Assembly: GCA_046350855.1 (NCBI GenBank)
Contig: JAXLZM010000004.1
Location: 10,491 to 74,490 of the forward strand
Length of the DNA: 64,000 nucleotides
Reading direction: 5' to 3'
From: Candidatus Anderseniibacteriota bacterium
GTDB lineage: Bacteria; Patescibacteriota; JAUYIX01
This document shows positions 63,990 through 64,000 of this stretch, piece after piece. Under the pieces are notes generated by a model, which was not told where the DNA came from, searched no databases, and worked only from the letters and a program-made list of their open reading frames with translations. Within the stretch, counting starts at the first letter, position 1. Each line of letters opens with the position of its first letter. Position numbers and translations under genes: made by a program.

Positions 63990-64000
63990 GTCGTTGACAT

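Overview
This 64-kb window looks like a chromosomal segment of a small-genome Patescibacteria (CPR)-type bacterium using genetic code 11. The assignment is inferred from gene content and compactness, not from a marker gene. Housekeeping blocks include hrcA-grpE-dnaK-dnaJ with a CIRCE operator, a 2-oxoacid:ferredoxin oxidoreductase pair with a ferredoxin, dut, a mraZ-ftsL-like-ftsI-murF cluster lacking rsmH, rplJ-rplL with an L10 leader, mltG, uppS, bcp, alkD, dsbB-dsbA, rpmG and five tRNAs (Lys, Glu, Trp, Thr x2). These are interleaved with a large surface arsenal: a 3800-aa membrane-anchored collagen/fibre-like repeat protein, three proteins with cell-wall-binding-2 repeats, a sortase, and GT2/GT-C glycosyltransferases. 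Most notable are: (i) the modular 12-unit giant fibre, whose repeats are synonymously diverged but share short identical DNA patches; (ii) dense N-X-S/T sequons in surface proteins beside a lipid-linked glycosylation cluster; (iii) a beta-helix protein with a helical-barrel-like domain inserted into its C-terminal cap; (iv) a ~100-nt structured leader upstream of mraZ; (v) a ~50-bp relic copy of an ATP-grasp gene 3' end that brackets a 4.5-kb block; and (vi) a recurring -10 box located 6 nt before start codons, suggesting leaderless mRNAs. No integrase, transposase, reverse transcriptase, CRISPR array or rRNA was seen. All domain calls come from reading motifs by eye, and no searches were run.
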